A stretch of DNA of 63,095 bases, filler included, from Vannella sp. (taxonomy: Eukaryota): assembly GCA_023345925.1 (NCBI GenBank). It is 8 parts of 8 records of this genome, joined end to end, with 100 filler letters (N's around TTAATTAATTAA, not from the genome) between each part and the next. Parts side by side here need not be neighbours in the genome. Positions count along the whole stretch, not along the records: positions 1 to 7,765 come from JAJQQN010000903.1; positions 7,866 to 13,385 come from JAJQQN010001024.1; 6 more parts are not named here. One strand, written 5' to 3'. The position numbers and the translations under genes were made by a program. This document shows, piece by piece, positions 1 to 10,800 of this stretch (positions within the stretch are counted from its first letter, which is position 1; each line of letters starts with the position of its first letter). The notes under the pieces were generated by a model. It searched no databases. It saw only the letters and a list, made by a program, of their open reading frames with translations, and was not told where the DNA came from.

Positions 1-449
1 ATAATGCATCCGGTGGACACATGTTTTTGAGACTGTTGGTCGCTTCATGCGAGGCGGTCCTCTCAAGAGACTTGTTGTCGTTGGGCCAATCGCACAGTTC
101 AAAGAACAGTAGCGCAGTAACTGCTAGATGGAATCCGCTACAATGACCTTCATGGGCGAGTTGTTTTGGTCAAATCACACGAACAAAGGCCTCTCTTGGA
201 AAGGACAAAAAGAGGACATCGGACTTCAGTTGTTTCACCTTGAAATTTAGAATTTGCTGGATGAAGCCCTGCGTCACTCTTCATCAATTTGGCATCTTTT
301 ACTCTTTAAGTATGTGTGAACCTTGATCGGCAGCCAAATTATGGGACATGGCCCTGAATAACGACCAAAAAAAGAAATCGAGGGATTAAAATCTTATCCT
401 GTTGAGTTGTACTTATGGGCCAATTGTTGTCATTACATTTCACCTGAAG

Positions 450-939
450 ATGGGAAGAGCGGTCTGGCTTGTGTTGGTCACTTTGGGTTTGTTGTCCTTG
501 TTAGCTGATGTCCAAGCAAAGAGAAGTGAGTCTTCATGCGTGCATGTTCGCAAGACGGAGGCTAACTGGGTGTGCAGTCCCCGTTCGAAGGCAACTCCTT
601 CAGACGAGCGAGGGACAAGAAGGAACGTCTGGAGAGGCAACCTCTGGCGTCTCCTCGGAAAGCAGCGTGACAGGCAGTGGTCTCCTCGACGTCGTGACGG
701 AAAGCTATCGGGGGTGGGGCGGTGAAGATCCCGCTGGTGGAGGGATCGTTGGAGCCCTCTCGACCATCGGTTCTCTGATTGGAAGCTTCCTATTGATAGG
801 GTTAGTGATCGCAGTGGTGGCTGGCTTGGTAGTGGCCGGTGTTCTCGCCTTCAAGAAGCACAAGGCCTCGCGGAAGTCCAGTCCTGCTGCTGCTGGGTCC
901 AATTATGTCCTCATGGAAGACGGACTCAACCTCGCTTAA
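450..939 (+). CDS. Small type I membrane protein, 2 exons (450-525, 578-939): signal peptide, Ser/Gly/Thr/Glu-rich ectodomain, one TM helix, short cytoplasmic tail
   Basis: ATG 450 begins MGRAVWLVLVTLGLLSLLADVQA. A phase-1 intron GTGAGT(526)...GCTAAC...CAG(577) joins ORF tracks 402 and 508 in frame. TM segment LIGSFLLIGLVIAVVAGLVVAGVLAF is followed by KKHK; the tail ends NYVLMEDGLNLA. Confidence 0.75.
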
Positions 940-1063
940 CCTTTCCTTCTTCTCAGTAAAACTCCTTCCGCAGAACCTCTCGAAACTCCAACGCGCGCCA
1001 CCTTGAAGGAGCCTGAGTGGAGCTGAAGCGCATGAAAGGTCAGTTTATAGAGAGAAGCAAGTT

Positions 1064-4000
1064 CTAGAAAGCAGCAAAGTCTTGGCAAAGCCGGAAGGCT
1101 GCCTTGGCAGCGCGCAAAGTGAGGGAATCGGGGAAGGGAGTCCACCATTCTTCCTCCTCAAACGAAAGGGATTCGCTCTGCTCGCTGGCGTATTCAAGGT
1201 ACTCCTTGAGGTTACAGTGAGGCTCAAGGCCCGTAGAAGTCAATTGACTGACGAGGAAGTGGCGGAAGATAGGCAAGAAGACGTCCATTCGGAGTTTGGG
1301 GATGACTTGGCGAAGTGCGTTCTCTTCCTCAGAAGACAGTTTCTCACTAAAACAGTCCAAAACCTCGTCCAGCGGGTCTCCATACAACTTCTCTTCGAGA
1401 CTGACAAAGAGAGCTTGAAGATGTCTCAAGTGGACCATTTGGCGGATAGAAGGAGTACTCACAGCCTCCCATTCTTCAGGGCTAGTGCGAAGAGTATCCA
1501 CCACATAGCTGGACAAGGTCGTGTTCCCATCCAGATTGCGCACCGAAGAGGCACCCACGGGAACAATAAAGGCAATACACACTTCCAATTGCTGCAGAAG
1601 TTGGATTACGCGGTCCTGAGTATTCAATTCCACAGAAATAGTCTCCAATAGTGAAGCAGAGAGTGGCTCTTGCGGTATCTTGGAAGGTAAACTCTCCAGA
1701 TGGCCCATTCGCTTCAAGTCTCCTTGGTATTGATAATGGCGAATACACAAGTTAATGGGAAGTCGCCCGCCCAGAATACTGTTCGAGATAGCAGATTGGA
1801 TAAGATGAAGATCATAATCGAGAATACCTCCTTCCCCAAAACGCAGCGATTGGATGGAAAAGACTCTAAGGAGCGGTAAAAGGTCTTTCTCGCGGTTGTA
1901 AATGATAAGCTGCTTCTGAAGTACTTTCGGAGGAGTCTTGTAACTCACAGCAGGGATTTTGGGCGCTTCTCTTTGGAGAATGGCGGGAATAGAGTTCGAA
2001 GGATCTGTTTCTTCTTGTTGCTGCGTTGAAACTTTCCGCTTCTTTCCCTTCCACTTCTCGTTTCTTCCTTGTTTAAGCTTGTTTTTGTGGTCAATGGCGA
2101 CAAGGATTTCATTCTGTGCGTCGACGAGGGTCTCGAGGATCTTGATGGTGCACATTCCATTAATAAAGTCGCCTTTGTCGGACCCTGTTACCATGGAAGG
2201 AAGAGAGAAAGCTATGGATATGCTTCCGTCCATCTTTCGCCCTTCCCCAAGGTCCAAACCCTGCTTTGCGTCCTTTGCAATAAACGGATTGGCTTCGCAC
2301 TCATAAAGTGGGTCAATTGTGGGGAGAACAGCATTGAACACTGCTGCAAACCGCCCAAAAATCTTCCTGGCTTCTGGTTGCCTAGAGGAAGGTAGCCGGG
2401 CAATGATATCATCATTAGTAATGTCAATAGCTTCAATACGAGTGATGCTACGGTGAGGAATCACTTCAAAGAGGATTGAATGCCACTCAAGAATGTCAGC
2501 AATGCCATGGATGTGGTGAAGACGACCTTCCTCCTCCATAAAGGCTCGTAAAAGCTGATAGTTCGCCTTCAAGTCAGAGCTGCGCAACGTACAGAAGTTG
2601 GAAAAGTGTTGAAAAGAGACTGGTTCACGATAACGCCACAGGAGAGTGTGCAATGAAGGGGCTTCACCAATCTCCAAGTGATGCTCATGAATTTCGAACC
2701 AGAGAGGTTCTCCAGTCGCTAAGCGTATCATAGAAACATCCCCCGACCCTTTCAGTTGGTCTCGAATCTGGTCTATCTTCTCTTTGAGACGCCTGTCGAT
2801 CATAACCTTCTCGATTTGGACAGAGATCTTTGCTTCTTCACGGTTTCGTACGTCAGTAGATTCCAGAATCTCACAATCCTTCAGAGGGACGTCAACCAAA
2901 GATTTCAAGACTGTATGGAGCACCAGAGCCACATCCCCACTTGGAAGTGAAGTGACTTTGCGAATTGAGTTCCAATCTTCACCAATTCTCCTGCTTAGCT
3001 CGTTAAGACCTTGCTGGTGTGATTTAGGGTTCACCAAGGTACCAATATCCTTTTGGGATTTCTCAGCGAGACAGGAAGAGACCAGTAATAGGTTGTGTAA
3101 CATGAAGCGGAGCACTCGGCTGCTCAGGGTGGTGAGTCGAACACATTCTGCCTCACTATTGAGGATATCGTAGCCACAGGGAGGGTCTCCTCGGAGGTCA
3201 TTTTCATTCAATTTGCGCACTCCTTTGACGGAGATATGCTGGATCCCTCCAATTGCTTCCCCGCATTCGGTACACTTTGCTTTTTCCATTGGCATTGTGC
3301 ATTGGCCTACGGAGTATCGGTGGCCATTTGGACAGAGGAACCACCCAACCTTTCCTGAAGCTGTCACTATCTCCAAGAAAGGATCATCTGGCACAGAAAT
3401 CAAGAAGGATTCTGACTGCCTCTCTGGGAAGAGAAGCATTCCCGCGGCCCAAGAGTTAGGAGAGCGCAAGGCCCAAAGTGCGAGGTGAATAGCCAGTTGG
3501 AGTTGACAAGCTCCGTCCATTTGATCAGTATCAATGAATTGGCTGTAGCCTGGACATCCTTTACACAGCCAATTGATGAAGGGCTGGTACGTTTGGCACT
3601 TTCTAACCCGCATATAGTTCGTTACCCACTCTCGCATTGCGTCTAATCCTGTTGGGAAGAGAGAGCGTCTCTCAACAACGGTTTGCGAGAAGATGGCAGC
3701 GCAAAGCAGTGCTGGGTCGATATTAGCAGCTCCTATTTTGTCCAATTGAGTCGTGTTCTTGTTTGACTGAGTTGCACAGGAGCGCACTGCACCGCATAGA
3801 CTCTGATAGCCGTCACCTATCCAAACAAAAGGGTCAGGAATTGATATTCCTGTGTCAGATACCATCGAGCGGTCGATAGGAAGCCATTCCAATTGCTCTT
3901 CTGCTAAGATAACTTGCCCAATACAATCTACTCCTCCAGTATTACGGATTCCTTTGATCGTGTAGACTCGTGGACAGTGCCCTTCGTCTCCTTGGAGAAT

Positions 4001-7000
4001 ATTTTGCAAAGCTGGGAAGTACAGCGATTGGAGGGAGCCCAACTGACTCTCAGCTGGAGAATTGACGAGATTAGAAATCTCTATGGCATAAGTGCGAAGA
4101 CAGGTTTGCGCTTTGGCAATAGAAAGAAGCACTTGACATTGATTGCTCTCGATTGAAAGTTTCTGTGACTGGCAGTTCTCAACATCTGTCAAGGAGAGTA
4201 CGTTATCTCTCTTAATCTCCGCAAACGTGAGATGACTGAGTTGGTCGTGATGATGTTGAAGGTAAAGCAGAGCCGCTTCAGTTCCAGATAACTCCAAAAC
4301 AAAGTCAGGGTTTGATTGGGAGGCACGCACTAAGCAATGGAGTAACGACCGGCGTATAGGAATGTTGGCATTCAGTAAGTGGAGCTCATGGAGCTCTGCA
4401 ACGCCATTCAAGATTGATTGGAGGAACAAGAGGAACGCAGAAGGAGTAGTCACATGAAGTCCGATATCAAAGTAGCCTTCCTGCTCTCCAAACCCTATTT
4501 CCACTAGATATCGGCGGAGGAATGAGACAACCAGAGGGAAATCGGGTTCTTTAACTCCAATAAGAGCGAGCCTTACGAGATGTAAGAAATAAGGGACATC
4601 TGTCCAGTCAATCTCCCTTAAGTGACCCACCAAATGGACCCAATTGGAGTAATCTGTGAGCCCTGTGATGACACCCCGTTCTAAGATAACTTCTGTGATG
4701 AAGATATGAAGGGCTCTCAAGCCCAAGTAGCTAGTACGGATCTGAGGTAGCAGTAATGGCTGGGTAGTAGCACCTAACGCCAATATGTAAAGTTCTAAGT
4801 CAGGAGAGAGCGAGGCAAACTCAGATGCCCATATTTCGAAGGCATCGAGAGAAAGGTGAGTTCCCACGCGGCTCCAAAGGCTGGAGATGATTAGTTGGAG
4901 CGCAGCAGTATCAAGCTGAAGTAGCCGCTGCTCTGATGCCATAAAAGTGACATCGTCTCCCTCAGAACAAATAGGAATCCGGCAGATAGTTTCAAGCAGC
5001 TCATAGCGTACCGAGGCAGGCACTAAGGAGTTGGCGAGCAAAGAAGAGCAGCGGAAGAGGCGCTCCTCATTCCTCCACACTCCAATGTGAATACCTGCAG
5101 GAGAGACGAAACTATCATTGCGTGTAACGCGGAGAACGTGCTCATACAATCGAAGAAGGTCCTCTAGTTCAACACCAGGCAATGGAGTGGAAGCAATGGC
5201 TACAAAGTCATGAAGATATTGCAAGTGATTCTCTTGACTGAATAGACTCCACATACGTACTACTTCAGGCCCAAAGATTGTGGTGCAGAGATTAGTGAGA
5301 GTGACTTGGGAATCATGGGAGAGGCTTTCTACTTGAGTTCGTGTGCCAGGGTCATTTAGGATTTCAATAATACGGTAACTGAATGGGAAGTGGCACACCA
5401 AAGGCTCAAACTGACCATGGTTCTTCACTGCTTGCGGGTCTACAAGTGCTGAATTGCCATCAATCCGAGCATCAGAAGCAATTCCAGATGGGGTTATGAC
5501 GGCACTTGAGTGTGCCAGAGCGAACCACAAAGCAAAGGAGTGGGGATTATCAGTATAGATAGAAGAGAGATTGAAGTTACAGTCTAAACGGCGCAGAACA
5601 TGAGCCAGTGCTTGGACCACCAATACCTGGAGGGACATTTGGAGGGACTGCCGAAGAGAACCACCAACAAGATTATCACAAACCATCTTAACATGGATGT
5701 GAACTTGCCCTCCTCTGCTCCCATCTTGCTGTACCAGCGAGGCGCGGTCTGTACAGTTGGCAAGAATCGCCCAAACTCCGTTTTGGACCAAATCCATAAA
5801 GGCAGGAACTTCTCTAAGAAGTCTCTCAAGAACGCAGATGCGGTGACCAAAGAAGGTTTTTGGGTCCTCTGAAGATTGGACAATACAGCTTGACAGAGCA
5901 TGCTGGTATTTGCTTGCTAGAATGTTATGAATGGGCAACATTCCCTTCTTGGCAAGTTCATAGGCAGAGTGCGAGAGCATCTCAACAGTCGAGAGAACTT
6001 CTCCTTGAACATTTGGTCGCAAGTCATCAACAAATAGAAGCTGCCAAGGCGCACCAAAATCCAAAGTAAAGTGGCGCTCCCTCTTCTTAATGCCAGGAGG
6101 TAAATGAATTAAGAACAGCAAGTGCCTCACCCGAGAAGCCGAGTTCTCTGTTCTTTGGCGCATTTCAAAAGCGAACTTTGCTCTTTCTTGAACGCAAATG
6201 TACCTTGCATGATTGATGGCAGTCAGCTGGCAAGCAATGGGGTCGCACTGGATGATCATAATCACTTCAGAGTCCTCTGTGGAATGATAAAACTCGAAGA
6301 GCTTCTGGTGCAATTGGCGTTCGCTAGCTAATTCAGCGAGTTGGAGTACCTCGTGACGACAGGACAGCGGCACCAAAGTAATTGAAGTGTCCAAGTGGGA
6401 AAGAGGAGAATGTGTGAGTACAGTGCATACAGCTCCCTCAGATGCTGGAAAGATAAAGGCATTCAGAATTGATTGGAGACTACTGTGACGTTCAAAGTAA
6501 TCCACATTGGGAACTCGTTGCAACTCAGGGGAGTTGATAATCGCTATTGGACATGCAACACGCGTGAGCCACTCTTTTAAGATGGACTCAGCGGCAGCTG
6601 GAATGTTATTGTCATCATATTCAGAGAGAGATAGTACGATAGAAGGGAGAGTGCCTTCATGGAAGCCGCAAATAACATCCTGCAAACATGGCAGACCAGA
6701 TTCAGTGAAAACCTTTTCCATCCAACCTTGCATTTGCTCCACAAGAGCGATCTGGTTAGGGCCCAGGACGTCTTGGGAACACATTATCTGTTTCTCGAAA
6801 CGATTCAGTAAGGGCAGATCCAGATGGCGATAGGCGTGGGATTGCTCTACAATCACGACAATCTTAAATCCAGCAGTGACTTGGCATAATTGGGACCGTG
6901 ATCCAATGGCAAGGCGAAGTAGCTTCCGTACTTTGCCACAGTGGTCCTTGCGGTAGAGATAGCGCTGGTTCAGGACATCATAGAGTGCTTCGTAGATATT

Positions 7001-7765
7001 GTCGTGATTCAAAAGCACTATCGTTGAGCCGTTCGCCATTGCCAGCTTGACTTGATTGATTTGAGTGATCAAATGAAGCTCAGTTCGGTCATTTCGGAAT
7101 TCACTTCCAATGAGAACTTGAGTGGTTCGTTCATTCAGCAACCCACACCCAAATAGAAGAGATAAAGCAGCGCTATTACGAGTTAGGAGCATCAAGTGGC
7201 GGGTGGAGTCATCTTCAAGGTTTGCGCGAATCAATTCTCTGACATCATTCAGGGGAGGAGGATAATTCTCTACTGCCTGGAAACAGTGGCTTTGGAAAGA
7301 TTGAAGAATCTTTGCCAGGAGGTCCTTTTTGCCGCTAAAGTTGCGGCTGATACTGAAAGAGAGAAGCTCTGGAGAGAATGAAGAACCTTGAGCGAGCTGT
7401 TGTCGCAGTAGCTTGATGAGATTGTAATAATCACGCATTCCCACGAAATCTCGACCCTTTTGGTCTGTATAGATGAGATGATAAGCTTGTGCCAGAGGAG
7501 CGAGCCACTCGTTGAGAATAGAGAGGTCATGGTCCATCTGAATATCTCCAGGAGCCCCAGGAGAAATGATGCACTGTCCAGTGAGACAGATATCGTCCTC
7601 AGAGGGTTCTGTGCGGTGCAAGCAGATAGCCCGATTCATTTTAGCAGAATCTAGAGCCCAGTTGGAAAGTCCGATGACAGCTATGGGAGGGTCTACTAAC
7701 ATAGCGTGGAGGACTTTCAGGGGCATGTCAGGTGAGTGTTCAGCTAGGCCCACTTCATCAAGAAG
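1064..7765 (-). CDS. RNF213: RNF213/mysterin-like AAA+ ATPase / RZ-finger E3 ubiquitin ligase, 5' truncated at the contig end, no intron needed over 6.7 kb
   Basis: Walker B region LLDEVGLAEHSPDMPLKVLH and IGLSNWALDSAKMNRA match the RNF213 AAA core, as do YEALYDVLNQRY and LPLLNRFEKQ. RZ finger CPNGHRYSVGQCTMPMEKAKCTECGEAIGGIQH lies at 3334-3236. Confidence 0.9.
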   Translation of the reverse strand, partial: LLDEVGLAEHSPDMPLKVLHAMLVDPPIAVIGLSNWALDSAKMNRAICLHRTEPSEDDICLTGQCIISPGAPGDIQMDHDLSILNEWLAPLAQAYHLIYTDQKGRDFVGMRDYYNLIKLLRQQLAQGSSFSPELLSFSISRNFSGKKDLLAKILQSFQSHCFQAVENYPPPLNDVRELIRANLEDDSTRHLMLLTRNSAALSLLFGCGLLNERTTQVLIGSEFRNDRTELHLITQINQVKLAMANGSTIVLLNHDNIYEALYDVLNQRYLYRKDHCGKVRKLLRLAIGSRSQLCQVTAGFKIVVIVEQSHAYRHLDLPLLNRFEKQIMCSQDVLGPNQIALVEQMQGWMEKVFTESGLPCLQDVICGFHEGTLPSIVLSLSEYDDNNIPAAAESILKEWLTRVACPIAIINSPELQRVPNVDYFERHSSLQSILNAFIFPASEGAVCTVLTHSPLSHLDTSITLVPLSCRHEVLQLAELASERQLHQKLFEFYHSTEDSEVIMIIQCDPIACQLTAINHARYICVQERAKFAFEMRQRTENSASRVRHLLFLIHLPPGIKKRERHFTLDFGAPWQLLFVDDLRPNVQGEVLSTVEMLSHSAYELAKKGMLPIHNILASKYQHALSSCIVQSSEDPKTFFGHRICVLERLLREVPAFMDLVQNGVWAILANCTDRASLVQQDGSRGGQVHIHVKMVCDNLVGGSLRQSLQMSLQVLVVQALAHVLRRLDCNFNLSSIYTDNPHSFALWFALAHSSAVITPSGIASDARIDGNSALVDPQAVKNHGQFEPLVCHFPFSYRIIEILNDPGTRTQVESLSHDSQVTLTNLCTTIFGPEVVRMWSLFSQENHLQYLHDFVAIASTPLPGVELEDLLRLYEHVLRVTRNDSFVSPAGIHIGVWRNEERLFRCSSLLANSLVPASVRYELLETICRIPICSEGDDVTFMASEQRLLQLDTAALQLIISSLWSRVGTHLSLDAFEIWASEFASLSPDLELYILALGATTQPLLLPQIRTSYLGLRALHIFITEVILERGVITGLTDYSNWVHLVGHLREIDWTDVPYFLHLVRLALIGVKEPDFPLVVSFLRRYLVEIGFGEQEGYFDIGLHVTTPSAFLLFLQSILNGVAELHELHLLNANIPIRRSLLHCLVRASQSNPDFVLELSGTEAALLYLQHHHDQLSHLTFAEIKRDNVLSLTDVENCQSQKLSIESNQCQVLLSIAKAQTCLRTYAIEISNLVNSPAESQLGSLQSLYFPALQNILQGDEGHCPRVYTIKGIRNTGGVDCIGQVILAEEQLEWLPIDRSMVSDTGISIPDPFVWIGDGYQSLCGAVRSCATQSNKNTTQLDKIGAANIDPALLCAAIFSQTVVERRSLFPTGLDAMREWVTNYMRVRKCQTYQPFINWLCKGCPGYSQFIDTDQMDGACQLQLAIHLALWALRSPNSWAAGMLLFPERQSESFLISVPDDPFLEIVTASGKVGWFLCPNGHRYSVGQCTMPMEKAKCTECGEAIGGIQHISVKGVRKLNENDLRGDPPCGYDILNSEAECVRLTTLSSRVLRFMLHNLLLVSSCLAEKSQKDIGTLVNPKSHQQGLNELSRRIGEDWNSIRKVTSLPSGDVALVLHTVLKSLVDVPLKDCEILESTDVRNREEAKISVQIEKVMIDRRLKEKIDQIRDQLKGSGDVSMIRLATGEPLWFEIHEHHLEIGEAPSLHTLLWRYREPVSFQHFSNFCTLRSSDLKANYQLLRAFMEEEGRLHHIHGIADILEWHSILFEVIPHRSITRIEAIDITNDDIIARLPSSRQPEARKIFGRFAAVFNAVLPTIDPLYECEANPFIAKDAKQGLDLGEGRKMDGSISIAFSLPSMVTGSDKGDFINGMCTIKILETLVDAQNEILVAIDHKNKLKQGRNEKWKGKKRKVSTQQQEETDPSNSIPAILQREAPKIPAVSYKTPPKVLQKQLIIYNREKDLLPLLRVFSIQSLRFGEGGILDYDLHLIQSAISNSILGGRLPINLCIRHYQYQGDLKRMGHLESLPSKIPQEPLSASLLETISVELNTQDRVIQLLQQLEVCIAFIVPVGASSVRNLDGNTTLSSYVVDTLRTSPEEWEAVSTPSIRQMVHLRHLQALFVSLEEKLYGDPLDEVLDCFSEKLSSEEENALRQVIPKLRMDVFLPIFRHFLVSQLTSTGLEPHCNLKEYLEYASEQSESLSFEEEEWWTPFPDSLTLRAAKAAFRLCQDFAAF

Positions 7766-7865
7766 NNNNNNNNNNNNNNNNNNNNNNNNNNNNNNNNNNN
7801 NNNNNNNNNTTAATTAATTAANNNNNNNNNNNNNNNNNNNNNNNNNNNNNNNNNNNNNNNNNNNN
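7766..7865. other. Artificial contig spacer
   Basis: 44 N + TTAATTAATTAA (stops in all six frames) + 44 N. Confidence 0.99.
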
Positions 7866-7895
7866 CGTCTTTTCCTTGGTGACAGCAGTTTTAGG

Positions 7896-10800
7896 ATGGC
7901 AACAGATCGGCAGGGTGCGCCTTTCGACAAGAAGAAAGCCAAGGGCAACAACGGCGACGGCAAACTGCGTGGGGCTCTCTCCTTAAGAAGGGCGCACGTA
8001 GACTTGGCAGTTTGCCTTGATGATGCTCTCATTAGTGGCTATGTGGAGTATGAGCTCTCATGTAAACAGAGGGGACTAGAAGGCCTTCATCTCCATGCTC
8101 GCCAGCTGCAGGTCCACAAAGTCCTTGTCAACTCTTCAGAAGTCCACTTTGAACAAGAGGAGTCCCTCCTGGCACCCATACCTTCCAGTGAAGTGTTTCG
8201 TGATGTAAGAAGCTCCATATCTTACTTCCTCCTGACTCACAGAGCCACAACAAGATCAAACGGTTCCATCTGGCCTATCGAACCGCCTTAGAAGAGGAGG
8301 ATCGGGGCTCCTTGGTCATCAGCCTCCCCACGGAGATCGATAGAGAAGCGCCTTTAACCGTCCGTATCTACTACACCCTCCGAAACCCAACGGCTGGGGC
8401 ACATTTCATTGGGAACCGACCGTTTCAAGCGGCCTACGGCTCTCGCTTCGGTCTCGCAGAAGGAGAGAGCTTCTCGCAACAGATACCTCATATGTACATC
8501 CATAACGAGGTGGAGGGTGCGCGCTGCTGGATCCCTTGCCTCGACCGTTACTCTCAGCCCTGCCTGTGGACCTTCCGCTTCACTGTGGCTTCTTCCAACA
8601 TCGTTCTCAGCCCGGGGGAGATGACTGGTGTTGAGAATAGCACTGGCGCTCCCTTTAGTGCCGATGTAGTGGAGCTTTTGCAACGGGGAGCTGGAATATC
8701 ACTCTTCCCCATGCCTGATACGCCAACCAAGTCCTATTGCTTTGAGCTACGTCAACCAACAACAGTCAAGAACATCAGCTTTGCTGCTGGACCGTTTGAG
8801 GAGCTGATTGATCCTGTTGTCCCCTCTGTTTCTTACTTTTGTCTCCCTGGGATGACGCCAGAGCTCCGGCATACCACTCTATTCGTACACAAGGCCTATC
8901 ACTTCTTCCAGGAGTACCTTGAAACGACATTCCCCTATCCAGCTCTGCGGGTTCTCTTCGTGGAGGGTGCCATGACCAAGATAACTTCATCAGCAGGTCT
9001 GGTGGTACTCTCAAACAGCCTCTTACACGGACCAGCCATCCTAGATAAGAGTATCAAGTCAAGATGGCTCCTCAGTGTACTCTTGGCCGGCCAATGGTTC
9101 GGAAACTACGTTTCCGTCAAGTCTTGGAGCGACACTTGGCTCCGCTTCGGGCTGACAGGCCATCTCGCTGGCGTATTCTTCCAACACCTCTTCGGACTTG
9201 ATCATCACGCCCTCAGACTGCACAGATGCTTCGGAGAAGTGGCCCTTCTTGATGACGGAAAGCCCCCTTTGCACTGGAACACACCCCAGCACCCCGTCCA
9301 GTACTACCAACGCGTCCTCATTAAGAAGTCTTACGTGGTCATTGACATGATTGAACGACGGATCGGATCTTCCCTATTTAGGAAGATCATTGGCCAATTT
9401 GCGAAGCCGGCGTCGTTCAAAGACGCCCGGCTGTCCACGCGACTGTTCCTCAAAACCCTCAAAAGTGAGGGCTGGAGGGATGTGAAGACGTTTGAGCATC
9501 TCTGGATCTCTTCCAGTGGATGCCCGAAGATGGTTTCTGGCTTTTTTTATAACAAGAACGACCAGCAGACTGAGTTTGTGGTCAGACAGTTACCGCCACT
9601 TCGAGATAGACGTCTTGAAGGCAGCCAATTGGTTGTCCGGATCAATGAATTGGAGGGAACTTACGACCACACGATTCCCCTCGTAGATGACACCCTTGGC
9701 ATCAATCTCCAGTGCCAGACGCGTGCCAGGAAGAGCCGGCGAAAGAGAATCTCCTTTGCTAATGGTCCGGAAGTGGATGTCGATCTCACTAAGCGCGAAT
9801 CCCCCCTTTTGTGGATTCGAGTGGATCCGAAGGGACTTTGGGGACCGCTTTTAGAGTTCCGGCAACCGGAGTATATGTGGATCTACCAACTTCAATTGGA
9901 CCGTGATCCTGTCGCTCAGTATCAAGCCCTCTGCAACCTCTCTTCTCTGGGTTCTTCAGCTGCTTCTGACGCTCTTCAAGCGTTCATGTCCGACTCCAAA
10001 GCTCATTACAGTCTTCGGACAGAGGCAGCTCGTGGGCTGGGGCTTTGTGCTTCCAACGAACAGGAATGGGTGAGTCTGGATAAGCTCCTGAACTACTTTC
10101 AGACAGAATATTGTCTTCCTTCTCCTGCGCTTGCCACAGGGGAGGACAGTGGCGGGGTTTCCGGCGCCCCGGCTAAAGTGGCGCCGAATAACTTTGAAGA
10201 CATCTCTGCCTATCATGTGAAGAAGGCCATTGTCCTCTCAGTAGCCCAAATCAAAGACAAAGAGGGATACACTCCTTCTGATGTTCTGGAGTTCCTGGTG
10301 GGCCTCTTAGTGGCCAACGACAACCAGCAAAACAAGTATTCTGACCACAAATACCGCGCTACGATTATCTGCGCTCTTTCTTTCACGAATACCAACGTAT
10401 CTGGTACCCACGCAAGGATCCAGCAGTTGATTAATGCCCAATTAGCGGAAGAAAGCAACTCTCCCTCTTTCCAGCGAACCGTCACTGTCGCTTGTCTCAA
10501 GTCATTGGCACGAATGCAGAGCCAGCACAAGTTACCTATTGACTTGAGCGCGTTCCTCCCCTTTGTAGCCTTTGGCCACTATGAATCCGTTCGAATTGCG
10601 GCCTTCAAGTCAATTGTTCTCCTTAGTCACTCGGTTGAGTCTCTTTCTCCGGTTATGGAGATGCTTGAAGATCTCAGGGAGTCTCCTCGTGTCAAGTACA
10701 AGGTTCTAGCGGGATGGATGGAGTTCATTAAGAGTAGCCGTGTGAGCGTCGCCAATTTCCAGGAGGAGACACCTGAAAACGCTTCTTTCTGTCACTCGAC

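Noticed and set aside
1..330. Protein-like fragments (RLVVVGP..., LHGRVVLV) vaguely like a glycosyltransferase
   Set aside because: They are split across frames with stops and no consistent splice model; too weak to call
1082..7817. Many short + strand and alternate-frame ORFs over RNF213, and similar shadow ORFs over other long genes
   Set aside because: They are antisense or frame shadows of long coding regions with no motifs or independent evidence
7766..7865. TTAATTAATTAA palindrome flanked by Ns, recurring seven times
   Set aside because: It is an artificial six-frame-stop contig linker; ORFs ending in XXX-LIN or XXX-N are artefacts of it
9040..9130. TAF2 as an active M1 aminopeptidase
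   Set aside because: HExxH is absent (LSVLLAGQW); the inactive fold is normal for TAF2
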